Shown one piece after another: positions 30,876-41,829 of a stretch of 64,000 nt of DNA. Below the pieces are notes generated by a model. The model ran no database searches, had not been told where the DNA came from, and saw nothing but the letters and a program-made list of their open reading frames with translations. The position numbers and the translations under genes were made by a program. Where the stretch lies: contig JBBIRR010000001.1 in NCBI GenBank assembly GCA_037441705.1, positions 276 to 64,275 on the forward strand, written 5' to 3'. Position 1 is the first letter of the stretch; each line of letters opens with the position of its first letter. This DNA comes from Ignavibacteriales bacterium (lineage in GTDB: Bacteria; Bacteroidota; Ignavibacteria; UBA10030; UBA6906).

Positions 30876-31633
30876 GCGCGCAGAAAGATAAATGCGTGAT
30901 TTTCAAACGCCCGGAACGTGCTGAATTGCCCGTAGTTCTTTCGAAACGCGAGGCGATAGCCCAGCCGCTCGAGCGTCGCGACCAGGTCGTTGTCCGTGAT
31001 TCCCCACTGCCAGACGTTGTGAACATCGCCGTAGCGCTTGTTGTATCGCGGATGAATCTCGTCGGGCCGCTCGAACAGATTGCGGTACCCCGGACTCTTT
31101 GGGTCCATTGGCACGTATGCGAAATACTGCTCTTTTCCCAGCGCGGGAAGGCGCACGGTGTTTTCCCCGGCAATGAATTGTTGGTTGTAGATCACGAAGC
31201 ATCGGGTCTGCGCCGCATACATTTCGAGAATCTCATCCCAATCGGGTTTCACCTGATGCAGAAGGACGTCGAACAACAGAACGGCATCCGTTGGACCGAT
31301 GCGCTCGACGGTTTTTCGATCACCAAAATCACCCTCCAGCAGGAGAAGCCTGTCAAATCGTTGCTGGTTTTCGCGTACGCGTTCGGTGAAGTCGGTATCC
31401 ACCAGCACAGCCCGCCGTACAGGATAGTGTCGTAGAATGTAAAATGTGTACGCGCCATCAATCCCCCACACCCCACCCAGGTCGGCGAACGAGGCGGGCT
31501 TGTACGGGAGGCCCGCAAAAGCGACATCAATCAATTCCTTCTTCGTATAGTCGAACCGGAACGGATAGCCGTGGAGCAGCGCGCCCGCCGCGCCGCGCAG
31601 ACCTTTGTGAATCCGCTTCAGAGAAATGACCAT
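30872..31633 (-). CDS. hypothetical protein (weak resemblance to a Rossmann-fold SAM-dependent methyltransferase) embedded between GT4 and purD
   Basis: Clean ORF, overlaps purD start. FADLGGVWGIDG could be a degenerate motif I. Start at MVISLK assumed. Confidence 0.45.
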   Translation of the reverse strand: MVISLKRIHKGLRGAAGALLHGYPFRFDYTKKELIDVAFAGLPYKPASFADLGGVWGIDGAYTFYILRHYPVRRAVLVDTDFTERVRENQQRFDRLLLLEGDFGDRKTVERIGPTDAVLLFDVLLHQVKPDWDEILEMYAAQTRCFVIYNQQFIAGENTVRLPALGKEQYFAYVPMDPKSPGYRNLFERPDEIHPRYNKRYGDVHNVWQWGITDNDLVATLERLGYRLAFRKNYGQFSTFRAFENHAFIFLRA

Positions 31634-31637
31634 ATCA

Positions 31638-32966
31638 TCACACGGCCAGCAAGGATTCAAACACTCGAACTAATTCACCGGTCAGCTTCACACGATTATA
31701 TTTTTCCACCACGGCAGGAGGCGGGCCCGCAAGTGATCCCGCCTGATACTCGTTGTAAAATTCTTCAAGGGCGCGTTTGATGCCGACGATATCCTTCGGC
31801 GGTGTTACCCGTCCGCCGGCTTCGAGGATGGTCTGTTTCAAGAAGCCGTCGGGCACGCATCCCAGAATCGGCTTGCGTGCGCCGATGTACTCGTACACTT
31901 TGCCCGGCGAACCCACATCGTCTCCGACGATCATCCACAACACATCGGAGGCAAGAAGATTGTTGACACACTGGCGGTGCGGCAGGTAGTCCACGATGAT
32001 GACCGCATCCTGCAGTCCGAGTTTCTGCACAAGCTTCTTGTTCTCGGCACGAAACTTCCCGATGAACAGTGCCTCGATCTTGTCGCGCAAGGCAGGCCGC
32101 TCCTGAAAGAGGGTGTGGAGCGCGTGAAGAAAATACGTCGGCACGCGATCTTCCCAAAACACACCCGCGTAGGTAATCCGCATCTTTCCGCTCCGCGGAA
32201 TCACGCCGTCCATTGCTGCGGCAGCGGAGGGATGGAAATCCTCCGGGTCAAAACCCTGCGGAATAATCCTGATGTCGTGATAGCTCAGGAAGCCATGCCG
32301 CTTGATGAGGAGTTCCTTCACGCGCCGATTCGTCGTAACGATAAAGCTGCTCATCTTCAGTGCCCTCCGCTCAAGCTGGATGTTCCGCAGCTTGTGCAGC
32401 GGCGTGGGATAGAATTTGTGTGGATATTCCACCCACGGATCGCGATAGTCGAACACAACCGGCCGCCGCAGGCGCTTGCGCAGTTCAGCGCCGACGAGGA
32501 AATCGGTGAAGGGCGGGGCCGTAGCAAAGATGACGTCGAACGGCGTCGAACGATGGAGCGCAGCCGCGGTTCGGACCGCGGTCCGTTTCCAGCCGATCTT
32601 GTTGTCGGGAATGAAGAATGTATCGCTGATGCGGCTCAGCATCTTGCGCCAGAACTCGGAGGGGAGGCGAACATCGCGTTTCTTCGCGAAGACCCTGCCC
32701 GGGCCTGCTGCATTGGTGCGGACGATGGCCACATCGCGGCCGGAGAGTTCGTCGAGCAATGACTCGTCGTGCGCAAAGTAACCGCGCGGCTCGACGGTCA
32801 GCACGGTCGGCTTCCAGCCGAACTGCGGCAGATACTTGACGAACTTCAACGTTCGCTGCACACCGCTCAAGCCCATCGGGGGAAAATAGTACGCGATCAC
32901 GAGCACGCGGCGTTGTTCGATGATCTCCGAGGGCGTTTTGAACGGGGCTGTGATGTCCTCGATCAT
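31638..32966 (-). CDS. GT4-family (group 1) glycosyltransferase
   Basis: GT-B fold; N-terminal acceptor domain and C-terminal GT1 domain with the E-x7-E-like region. Confidence 0.8.
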   Translation of the reverse strand: MIEDITAPFKTPSEIIEQRRVLVIAYYFPPMGLSGVQRTLKFVKYLPQFGWKPTVLTVEPRGYFAHDESLLDELSGRDVAIVRTNAAGPGRVFAKKRDVRLPSEFWRKMLSRISDTFFIPDNKIGWKRTAVRTAAALHRSTPFDVIFATAPPFTDFLVGAELRKRLRRPVVFDYRDPWVEYPHKFYPTPLHKLRNIQLERRALKMSSFIVTTNRRVKELLIKRHGFLSYHDIRIIPQGFDPEDFHPSAAAAMDGVIPRSGKMRITYAGVFWEDRVPTYFLHALHTLFQERPALRDKIEALFIGKFRAENKKLVQKLGLQDAVIIVDYLPHRQCVNNLLASDVLWMIVGDDVGSPGKVYEYIGARKPILGCVPDGFLKQTILEAGGRVTPPKDIVGIKRALEEFYNEYQAGSLAGPPPAVVEKYNRVKLTGELVRVFESLLAV

Positions 32967-32984
32967 GGTCGTTTCGATCGGAAT

Positions 32985-34058
32985 CTACACCACAATGAAG
33001 TCCTTCGGCGCGCTGTTCAAGACCTCGCAGCCGTTTTCGCGCAGCACCACGTCGTCCTCGATACGTACGCCGCCGAAGTCCGGCAGGTAGATGCCCGGTT
33101 CGATGGTGATGACGCTTCCGGCCATGAGACGTTCCTTGCTGAGACGGGAGACGCGCGGCCGCTCATGCACATGTAAGCCCAAGCCGTGACCGAGCGAGTG
33201 GTGAAAGAGTTTTCCAAAGCCCGCACGCGCGATGCGCAAACGGGCCACGGCATCAAGGTCCCGCGCCAGCATCCCACCCCGCGCGGATTCAAGAGCCTCC
33301 TGTTGCGCTGCCCGGACGGCCTCGTACATCCGCCGCGCACGCCGCACCGGCCTGCCGACGGCGATCGTGCGGGTGATGTCGGAATTGTACCCATTGACCA
33401 CACAGCCGAAGTCCAGCGTCACCAATTCTCCGTTGCGGACGCGTTTGAGGCTTGCGCGGGCGTGAGGCAACGCGCTGCGTGTGCCGCTGGCGACAATCGT
33501 ATCGAACGCGTCCCGCTCGGCACCCATCGTCCTGTGCAGATAGGAGATCTCGGCTGCAACCTCCAGTTCCGTTATTCCCGGTCGAATGATGTCGAGGATC
33601 TTTTCGAAGACGCGGTCGGAAATGTGTGCGGCACGCCGAAGGTTGTTGATTTCTTCTTCATCCTTCACCACCATCACGTCCTCGACCAGCTCGCGCGTAG
33701 AAGCGAATGACACGCCGGGAAAGAGCGTGCGCAGCATGCGGTACTGTGCGTAGGAGACGTGCTGGGCTTCAAATCCGACGCGCGCGAGCTTGTCGAGCAT
33801 TCTCCGGCGGGATGCTTCTTCGTACAGCCCGTTGCGCGTAACGATGACGCGTTTGCAGCCGCGCGCTTCCATCTTCGCTTGCTGCGCGTAGCGGCTGTCA
33901 GTCAACAGCGTGGATGTTGAGGAGGAAAGAAGAAGCAACGCGTGCGTCCCGGTGAATCCGGTCAAATAGCGAATGGCGTGAAGAGAAGAAACAAGCATGC
34001 CGTCCAGCCCCCGCTTCTGCAACTCGTGCTGTACACGTGCGATACGGTCTCGTGTCAT
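32985..34058 (-). CDS. M24-family Xaa-Pro aminopeptidase/dipeptidase
   Basis: Creatinase N-domain plus pita-bread fold with metal-binding D, D, H, E, E residues context (HGLGHGLGLHVHE). Confidence 0.85.
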   Translation of the reverse strand: MTRDRIARVQHELQKRGLDGMLVSSLHAIRYLTGFTGTHALLLLSSSTSTLLTDSRYAQQAKMEARGCKRVIVTRNGLYEEASRRRMLDKLARVGFEAQHVSYAQYRMLRTLFPGVSFASTRELVEDVMVVKDEEEINNLRRAAHISDRVFEKILDIIRPGITELEVAAEISYLHRTMGAERDAFDTIVASGTRSALPHARASLKRVRNGELVTLDFGCVVNGYNSDITRTIAVGRPVRRARRMYEAVRAAQQEALESARGGMLARDLDAVARLRIARAGFGKLFHHSLGHGLGLHVHERPRVSRLSKERLMAGSVITIEPGIYLPDFGGVRIEDDVVLRENGCEVLNSAPKDFIVV

Positions 34059-34070
34059 GCGGTGCGGCGC

Positions 34071-35558
<1,488 letters not shown>

Positions 35559-36731
35559 TCATACAAACGCAGGAATTCCCGTTATGTCTTCTCCAACAAT
35601 CAACGTATGCATCTCGTGCGTACCTTCGTAGGTGATGACGGATTCGAGGTTTGCCGCGTGACGCATCACCGGATATTCGTCGAGGATGCCGTTGGCGCCG
35701 AGAATGCTGCGCGCTTCGCGGGCAATCTGCAGCGCATGATACACGTTGTTGCGCTTCGCAAAGGAAATCTGCTGGAAGCGTGCCTTGCCTTGATCCTTCA
35801 ATCTCCCCAGGTGTACACACAGCAGCTGCGCCTTCGTTATTTCCGTGAGCATGTTGACAAGCTTCTCCTGCGTTAACTGGAACGAGGCAATCGGCCGATC
35901 GAATTGGATACGCGTCTTGGCATAGTTCAGCGCACTTTCGTAGCACGCCATCGCCGCGCCGATGGCTCCCCAGGCAATGCCATAGCGCGCCTGCGTCAAG
36001 CAACTCAGCGGCAGTTTCAAACCTTCGCCTCCGGGCAACCGGTTTTCCCTGGGGATGTGCACATCCTGAAAAATCAACTCCGATGTCACCGACGCCCGCA
36101 ATGAGTGTTTGCCTTTCATCTCCGGTGCGCTGAAGCCTTTGGTCCCCTTCTCAACCAAAAAGCCGTTGACGACACCGTTCAATTTCGCCCACACGACGGC
36201 AACATCCGCCAGCGTTCCGTTGGTGATCCACATCTTGGCGCCGTTGAGGATGTAGCCGTCACGAGTTTCGGTCGCGCGCGTAATCATGCCTGCGGGATTG
36301 GAACCATAGTCCGGTTCGGTCAACCCGAAGCATCCGATGGCCTCGCCTCGTGCCAGTCGTGGAAGCCAGTACTCCTTTTGCTGCTCCGAGCCATAAGCAT
36401 AGATGGGATACATCACCAACGCGCTTTGCACAGAGGCAAAGCTTCGGACGCCGCTGTCGCCGCGCTCGAGTTCCTGCATCACCAACCCGTAGGCAACGTT
36501 GTTCATTTCCGCACAGCCGTATTTGGCAGGAAGAGTCGCACCGAACAACCCAAGCTCCGCCATCTTCGGAATGAGATGCATCGGATACGTTCCTTCTCGC
36601 GCATGCTTCTCGATGATGGGGATAACGTTGTCCTCCACAAATTCGCGGACGGTGTTGCGGACGAGAATTTCTTCTTCGGTCAGAAGACTGTCCACGTTCA
36701 TGTAATCGACTCCCTGGAACTTGGCAGGCAT
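35559..36731 (-). CDS. gcdH: glutaryl-CoA dehydrogenase-like acyl-CoA dehydrogenase
   Basis: ACAD fold with GCDH-like substrate-pocket region. Functional link to the lat gene upstream is inference. Confidence 0.75.
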   Translation of the reverse strand: MPAKFQGVDYMNVDSLLTEEEILVRNTVREFVEDNVIPIIEKHAREGTYPMHLIPKMAELGLFGATLPAKYGCAEMNNVAYGLVMQELERGDSGVRSFASVQSALVMYPIYAYGSEQQKEYWLPRLARGEAIGCFGLTEPDYGSNPAGMITRATETRDGYILNGAKMWITNGTLADVAVVWAKLNGVVNGFLVEKGTKGFSAPEMKGKHSLRASVTSELIFQDVHIPRENRLPGGEGLKLPLSCLTQARYGIAWGAIGAAMACYESALNYAKTRIQFDRPIASFQLTQEKLVNMLTEITKAQLLCVHLGRLKDQGKARFQQISFAKRNNVYHALQIAREARSILGANGILDEYPVMRHAANLESVITYEGTHEMHTLIVGEDITGIPAFV

Positions 36732-36868
36732 GAACTCCTCAGAGGGCTAAGAATGGAAAAAAGCCCTGTTTACAAAAAGCAACACAGGGCGCAGACTCCT
36801 TGATTTGCGATAAAAGGAAAGGATTTTCGCCTGCAAAATCAACCGACTGTTGTTCAACATGGAGGCCA

Positions 36869-36909
36869 ACAAAGGAGAAGCCGACGGAGTTGGTCAGACC
36901 CCATCGGCT
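36869..36909 (-). terminator. possible terminator hairpin downstream of the sigma-54 regulator gene
   Basis: GAAGCCGACGG...CCATCGGCTTC 11-bp stem (one mismatch) with a T-rich tract on the minus strand. Confidence 0.35.
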
Positions 36910-37002
36910 TCTGTAGGAGAGATGTATGTGGTACTGGTCACCTTGTTAGACGACTCAAGCAAAAAAAAGTTACACTTCCGGGAGTTCGAGAAGGAGAATG
37001 GC

Positions 37003-38403
37003 TCAGCCGATCGGGTTTCGCGGTCGATCATCCACCTTGAAACCGTACTGCTTGATCTTAAGATAAAGGGTCTTCTTTGAGATGCCGAGGGCTTCGGCGG
37101 TCTTGCCGCGGTTGAAGTTGTACTTGTGCAGCATGCGCTCGATGTGAATGCGCTCGAGCTGTTCAAGGGAAAGGTTATCGTTGAAGGGCGGGGCAGGCAA
37201 TCCATCGCTTGTGAATGCAGCGAAGGTCTTCTCCGCGCGATGAATGGAGAGGTCGGCCGGCTCGATGGTGTCGCCCGACGACAGGATGATCGCGCCCTCG
37301 AGGATATGTTCCAACTCCCGAACGTTGCCCGGGAAGTCATGCGCCATCAACACGTCGAGTGCGGCCGCAGAGAGCTTTTTGGGAGTTTTCCCCTTACTCT
37401 TGCGCTGCAAGAAGTGTTCGGCAAGAATGGGAATGTCCTCCTTCCGTTCGCGCAGCGGAGGGACTCGCAGTGTCACGACGTTGAGGCGATAAAGCAAGTC
37501 CTCGCGGAAGCGTCCTGCCGCAACCTCTTCGCGCAAGTCTTTGTTGGACGCGCTCACGACGCGGACATCCACGCGCAGCACGTTTGTGCCGCCCACCCGT
37601 CGAAACTCGCCGCTTTCCAGAAAGCGCAGCAATTTGGGCTGGATGCCGGGACTGATGTCCCCTACCTCGTCAAGAAAAAGTGTGCCGCCGTTGGCGACCT
37701 CCACCAACCCCTGTTTGGTACTATAGGCGTGCGTGAACGCGCCCTTCTCGTGGCCGAACAACTCCGTCTCCAGCAATGCATCAGGAATCGACGCGCAGTT
37801 CACGGCAACAAAGGGGCGGTTGTTGCGGGGGCTTTTGCGATGAATGAGATGCGCCACAAGCTCCTTTCCCGTTCCGCTCGCGCCCTGAATCAGAACGAAC
37901 GAATCACTTCGGGCGAAGCGTTCGGCACTCTCGACCATGCGCAGGAACGCGGGACTTTGTCCCACCATCTCGGTGCTGGCCCCTTTGCGCGAGAGTTCGT
38001 TCTTCATCAACTTGTTGTCAATGAACAGCTCCTTCCGCTCGATGGCCCGGTGGATGGTGTTGAACAACTCGTCGATGTCGTACGGCTTGGCGAGAAAATC
38101 GTACGCACCCATCTTGATCGTCTGAATGGCAACCTTGATATCGGCGTAATTGGTCAGGATGATGACCTGCGTGGTGGGAGAGTATTCGTGGACGAATTCG
38201 AGAACTTCCATGCCGCTTACGCGCGGCATGCGGATATCGAGGAGGATGACGTCGTAGACTTTTTGCTGGATGCTGTTGATCGCCTGGCTGCCGTCGGCAG
38301 CGGTATCGACGTTGAATTCCCCGGATGCACCAAGCTCGCCTTCGAGGAGGGTACGGAGATCCTCTTCGTCGTCAACGATGAGAAGGTTGTACTTTTTTGC
38401 CAT
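37003..38403 (-). CDS. sigma-54-dependent response regulator (NtrC family)
   Basis: Receiver + AAA+ (GAFTHA variant of GAFTGA, Walker A GASGTGKE) + HTH. Confidence 0.9.
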   Translation of the reverse strand: MAKKYNLLIVDDEEDLRTLLEGELGASGEFNVDTAADGSQAINSIQQKVYDVILLDIRMPRVSGMEVLEFVHEYSPTTQVIILTNYADIKVAIQTIKMGAYDFLAKPYDIDELFNTIHRAIERKELFIDNKLMKNELSRKGASTEMVGQSPAFLRMVESAERFARSDSFVLIQGASGTGKELVAHLIHRKSPRNNRPFVAVNCASIPDALLETELFGHEKGAFTHAYSTKQGLVEVANGGTLFLDEVGDISPGIQPKLLRFLESGEFRRVGGTNVLRVDVRVVSASNKDLREEVAAGRFREDLLYRLNVVTLRVPPLRERKEDIPILAEHFLQRKSKGKTPKKLSAAALDVLMAHDFPGNVRELEHILEGAIILSSGDTIEPADLSIHRAEKTFAAFTSDGLPAPPFNDNLSLEQLERIHIERMLHKYNFNRGKTAEALGISKKTLYLKIKQYGFKVDDRPRNPIG

Positions 38404-38420
38404 GGTACCGCTTCACGGAG

Positions 38421-38789
38421 CTACTCGCCCATCACTCGTTCAATGGTCGTCAGCAGGTCCACCAGGTCGTACGGCTTGCTCACGAAATCTTCCGCACCCA
38501 GCTTCTTCGATTCAATGGCGTTCTTCAGGTCGGCAAAGCCGGTCAGCATGATCACCTTCGTCCCGGGGTGTTTGTCCTTAATCACCTTCAACACCTCGAA
38601 GCCGTTCATGTTCGGCATCTTGATATCAAGGAGGACCAGCTGGTACCGCGCTTTCTGCAACATGGCAACAGCCTCCACTCCATCCGCTGCTGTTCCGACA
38701 TCGTAGCCTTCACCGCTGAGTTCGGCACTCAGGACCGTACGCAAAGCGTCTTCGTCATCAACAACAAGGATTTTTCCTTTTTGAGACAT
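38421..38789 (-). CDS. single-domain CheY-like response regulator receiver
   Basis: Receiver fold with DD, phospho-accepting D and K residues. Sits 18 nt upstream of the NtrC-like gene. Confidence 0.8.
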   Translation of the reverse strand: MSQKGKILVVDDEDALRTVLSAELSGEGYDVGTAADGVEAVAMLQKARYQLVLLDIKMPNMNGFEVLKVIKDKHPGTKVIMLTGFADLKNAIESKKLGAEDFVSKPYDLVDLLTTIERVMGE

Positions 38790-39061
38790 GCAAGAAACCC
38801 CCAAAGCTTATCTAAGGCTCATCCGCTGTAGCTCGGAGCGAGAAAGTGGAAGCGAACACGGATGATGATAGTCAAAGAAACCACGAAAATCAACAACGCA
38901 AAGCACAGAGAGCGAGAGGTCTTCCCCGCCGTACGACATATCTCTTACATCATTTCTCCTCCGCTGTGTTGCAGTGCCTGGCCATGACCGGCACATCAAA
39001 CACGTTGCAAGTCTCTCCAACTTGTACTATACTTACTAAGAAGATTTCTGACCCCACACGC

Positions 39062-39727
39062 ATGGAAACTCCCGACGTTATTAACCTCCTGTTTGTCGAC
39101 AACGATACCAGTTACATGGCGGTGGCTCAACACCATCTTTCCCGTTTCCAGGGAAAGCGCTTCAATGTTGTATGGAAACAGGACGGCGCGGCCGCCATCG
39201 AAGAACTCAAGAACAATCCATCGCTGCATCTGGCCATCATCGACTACTATTTGCCGGAGGCGAACGGCCTCGAAGTCACCAAGGCCATCCGCGAGCAGGG
39301 CATCGACATTCCCATCATCTTTCTGACGTCGAATAAGGATTTCAAGCTCGCAATCGAAGTCATGAGGTTTGGGGTGGAGGATTACATGATCAAGGACGAG
39401 GCCGTGGAGTCCGTCTTGCCGCGTACGATCCTCAACATTCTCGAGCGTGTCTCGCTCAAGCGCAAGATCGCGATGCAGCAGAAGGCCGAGCTGATCGCGA
39501 AGAAGCGGACGGACGCGATCAAGGAGCTGGTCGTCACCGTCTGTCACGAATTCAACAACCCCCTTGCCGCCATCAAAATCTCAACGGATATTCTCTTACG
39601 TCAGCAACTGCCACCCCACGAAAAGAAACTTGTGCAGGCCCTTGACAATAACATCGCGCTGGTGGAAAAAGAAATCACGAAGCTCCGCGACATCAACTTC
39701 GAACGGATGGACTTTGGCGTAGGATGA
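39062..39727 (+). CDS. response-regulator receiver fused to a HisKA dimerisation/phosphoacceptor domain, no HATPase_c domain
   Basis: Receiver domain followed by H-box (VCHEFNNPLAAIK). The protein ends ~60 aa later without N/G1/F/G2 boxes. Confidence 0.75.
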   Translation: METPDVINLLFVDNDTSYMAVAQHHLSRFQGKRFNVVWKQDGAAAIEELKNNPSLHLAIIDYYLPEANGLEVTKAIREQGIDIPIIFLTSNKDFKLAIEVMRFGVEDYMIKDEAVESVLPRTILNILERVSLKRKIAMQQKAELIAKKRTDAIKELVVTVCHEFNNPLAAIKISTDILLRQQLPPHEKKLVQALDNNIALVEKEITKLRDINFERMDFGVG

Positions 39728-39876
39728 GATACGACGGGCACTTGCATCTCCGCCGATCAATCTCTATATTGAAATAGAAAAATGACCATTAGAGACCAGC
39801 TGTGAGAACCGCGTGTCATGATGCGAGCAAAAGCATCCGCTCCGCAAACGTACCTTGCAACGTTAGAAAGTTAGAG

Positions 39877-39915
39877 AAAAGTGTCCCGCCCAAGAAGCGG
39901 GACACTTTTTTTGTC
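39877..39915 (+). terminator. Rho-independent terminator after the receiver-HisKA gene
   Basis: AAAAGTGTCCCGC...GCGGGACACTTTTTTT perfect stem with T7 tail. The ORF-track start of the next gene lies inside this hairpin. Confidence 0.7.
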
Positions 39916-39931
39916 GTCGGGGGCGTGCACC

Positions 39932-41038
39932 GTGACCGTGCGTGACGTGCTCAACCTGCTGACGGCATGGGCACCTCATGAGGTGGCGTGGGAACGGGAC
40001 AACGTGGGCTTGCAGGTGGGTGATGCTCGACGCACCGTTTCCCGCATCTGCGTGTGTTTGGATGTAACAGAGGCGGTAGTTGCTGAGGCCGCGAGAAAGA
40101 AGGCGGATCTGATTGTCAGTCATCATCCGCTACTGTTTCGGCCTCCGCGAACAATTAACGTGGAGGATGAGGTTGGCCGATGCGTGCAGACGCTTCTCAA
40201 GAACAACATCAGTCTGCTCTCGGCGCATACGAACCTGGATTTCACACGCGGAGGAACGAGCTTTGCTCTGGCCGACGCGCTCGGCTTGCGGAACGTCGAG
40301 TTCCTGCACAAGCCGTATCAGGTCCAGAGAAAAATTGTCACGTTCGTGCCCGAAACACACGTCGAGCGGGTACGCAACGCCATGGCCGAGGCTGGAGCCG
40401 GCGTAATCGGCAATTATGATCACTGTTCGTTCTCGATGCCGGGAACAGGATCGTTTCGAGGAAACGTCCATGCCCGCCCGGCGGTAGGCGTAAAAGAGAA
40501 GTTAGAGTTTGTGGCGGAAACACGGTTGGAGATGATAGCGGAGCGTTGGAACGTCCCGCGCGTGATCGCAGCACTCAAGGCAGCGCATCCGTACGAAGAA
40601 GTCGCCTACGACGTGTATCCGCTGGAGAACGTACACGGAAGTTACGGCATGGGCATCATCGGCGAGCTGGCGCGCCCGTTGGCGCTCGGGCCATTTCTGA
40701 AATTGGTGAAAACGCGGCTGCACTCGGGAGCGCTCCGCTATTGTGCCGGCGCCAGGCATCCGATTCGGCGAGTTGCGGCATGCGGCGGCAGCGGCTCGGA
40801 CTTGACCGATGTGGCGATTGCCCAGAACGCCGACGCATTCATCACAGCCGACGTGAAATACCATGACTTTCACCATGCCGCGGGCAAAATTACGCTGGTC
40901 GACGCGGGCCATTTTGAAACCGAACACCCCGTCGTCCGGACGGTTGTGCGCTACCTGCAAGACGAGTTGAAAAAACAGGACGAGAGGATCGCGGTGTTTG
41001 CAGCGCAAACGCCGACGAACCCCGTACGCTATTTGTAA
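39932..41038 (+). CDS. Nif3-family dinuclear metal centre protein (YqfO/YbgI-like)
   Basis: NIF3 fold with conserved HHP and GHFETE motifs. Start set to GTG at 39932, downstream of the terminator T-tract. Confidence 0.8.
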   Translation: MTVRDVLNLLTAWAPHEVAWERDNVGLQVGDARRTVSRICVCLDVTEAVVAEAARKKADLIVSHHPLLFRPPRTINVEDEVGRCVQTLLKNNISLLSAHTNLDFTRGGTSFALADALGLRNVEFLHKPYQVQRKIVTFVPETHVERVRNAMAEAGAGVIGNYDHCSFSMPGTGSFRGNVHARPAVGVKEKLEFVAETRLEMIAERWNVPRVIAALKAAHPYEEVAYDVYPLENVHGSYGMGIIGELARPLALGPFLKLVKTRLHSGALRYCAGARHPIRRVAACGGSGSDLTDVAIAQNADAFITADVKYHDFHHAAGKITLVDAGHFETEHPVVRTVVRYLQDELKKQDERIAVFAAQTPTNPVRYL

Positions 41039-41050
41039 TACTCATGGGAG

Positions 41051-41803
41051 ATGGAATTGGAGACCAAGCTTCGCACGTTGTACACTCTGCAGCTCATTGA
41101 CAACAATTTGGACGAGATCGAGGAGATGAAGGGCGATCTTCCTCACGAAGTCCGAACCCTGGAGGAGAAGATTTCGACACTCAAGCAGAAGCTTTCGGAG
41201 TTGGAAAGCACCATGCGTCAGGCGTTCTCGCAACGAGACAACGCCGATTCCGAAATCATCTCCCTCAAGGAAAAAATCGAAAAGTACAAAGCGCAGCAGT
41301 ACCAGGTACGCAACAACCGGGAGTACGATGCCCTGACAAAAGAAATGGATCAGGCGGCGGAGACCATCGCAAAACTGGAGAAGGAGATGGCCGCTCTCGA
41401 AAATAAAGGGACGATCGCACGAACGGACATTGAAACAACAAGAAAAGAATTGGAAGAAGCACAACAGCTTCTTGAAGAAAAGAAAGCCGAGCTGGCTGAG
41501 GTCTCCAAAGCAACGGAGGAGGAAGAGCTGAAATTCCGGCACGAGCGTGAGAAAACGGTTGTCCGGATCAGCAAACAGGATCTCGCGATGTACGAGCGCA
41601 TCCGGAAGGCGAAGAACGGGCGGGCAGTTGTTCCGATCCGCCGCGGCGCCTGCGGCGGGTGCCATACTGCTGTTCCTCCGCAGAAAATACTGGAGCTGAA
41701 GCAGAACAAGCGGCTGTATACATGCGAACGGTGCGGTCGCATCATCATCTCGGAAGAAATCGCCCAGAGCACGACCGCCATGGTACCGCAGACGAGTTTC
41801 TGA
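41051..41803 (+). CDS. COG1579-type zinc-ribbon / coiled-coil protein (commonly paired with nif3)
   Basis: Long coiled-coil region followed by a C-terminal C4 zinc ribbon (CGGCH…CERCGRII). Confidence 0.75.
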   Translation: MELETKLRTLYTLQLIDNNLDEIEEMKGDLPHEVRTLEEKISTLKQKLSELESTMRQAFSQRDNADSEIISLKEKIEKYKAQQYQVRNNREYDALTKEMDQAAETIAKLEKEMAALENKGTIARTDIETTRKELEEAQQLLEEKKAELAEVSKATEEEELKFRHEREKTVVRISKQDLAMYERIRKAKNGRAVVPIRRGACGGCHTAVPPQKILELKQNKRLYTCERCGRIIISEEIAQSTTAMVPQTSF

Positions 41804-41829
41804 ACTAACTAAACCAATAACATACACTG

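Noticed and set aside
36850-37080. 76-aa plus-strand ORF spanning the intergenic hairpin and the 3' end of the sigma-54 regulator gene
   Set aside because: It overlaps a probable terminator and the stop region of a confident gene. It has low-complexity Lys-rich composition.
37126-38706. 526-aa plus-strand ORF antisense to the NtrC-like and CheY-like genes
   Set aside because: Opposite-strand shadow of two well-supported genes in a high-GC region.
38950-39000. Sigma-54 promoter-like TGGC...GGCAC / TTGCA motifs upstream of the receiver-HisKA gene
   Set aside because: Spacing between the GG and GC elements does not fit the -24/-12 consensus (N10). It cannot be supported without a position-weight-matrix scan.
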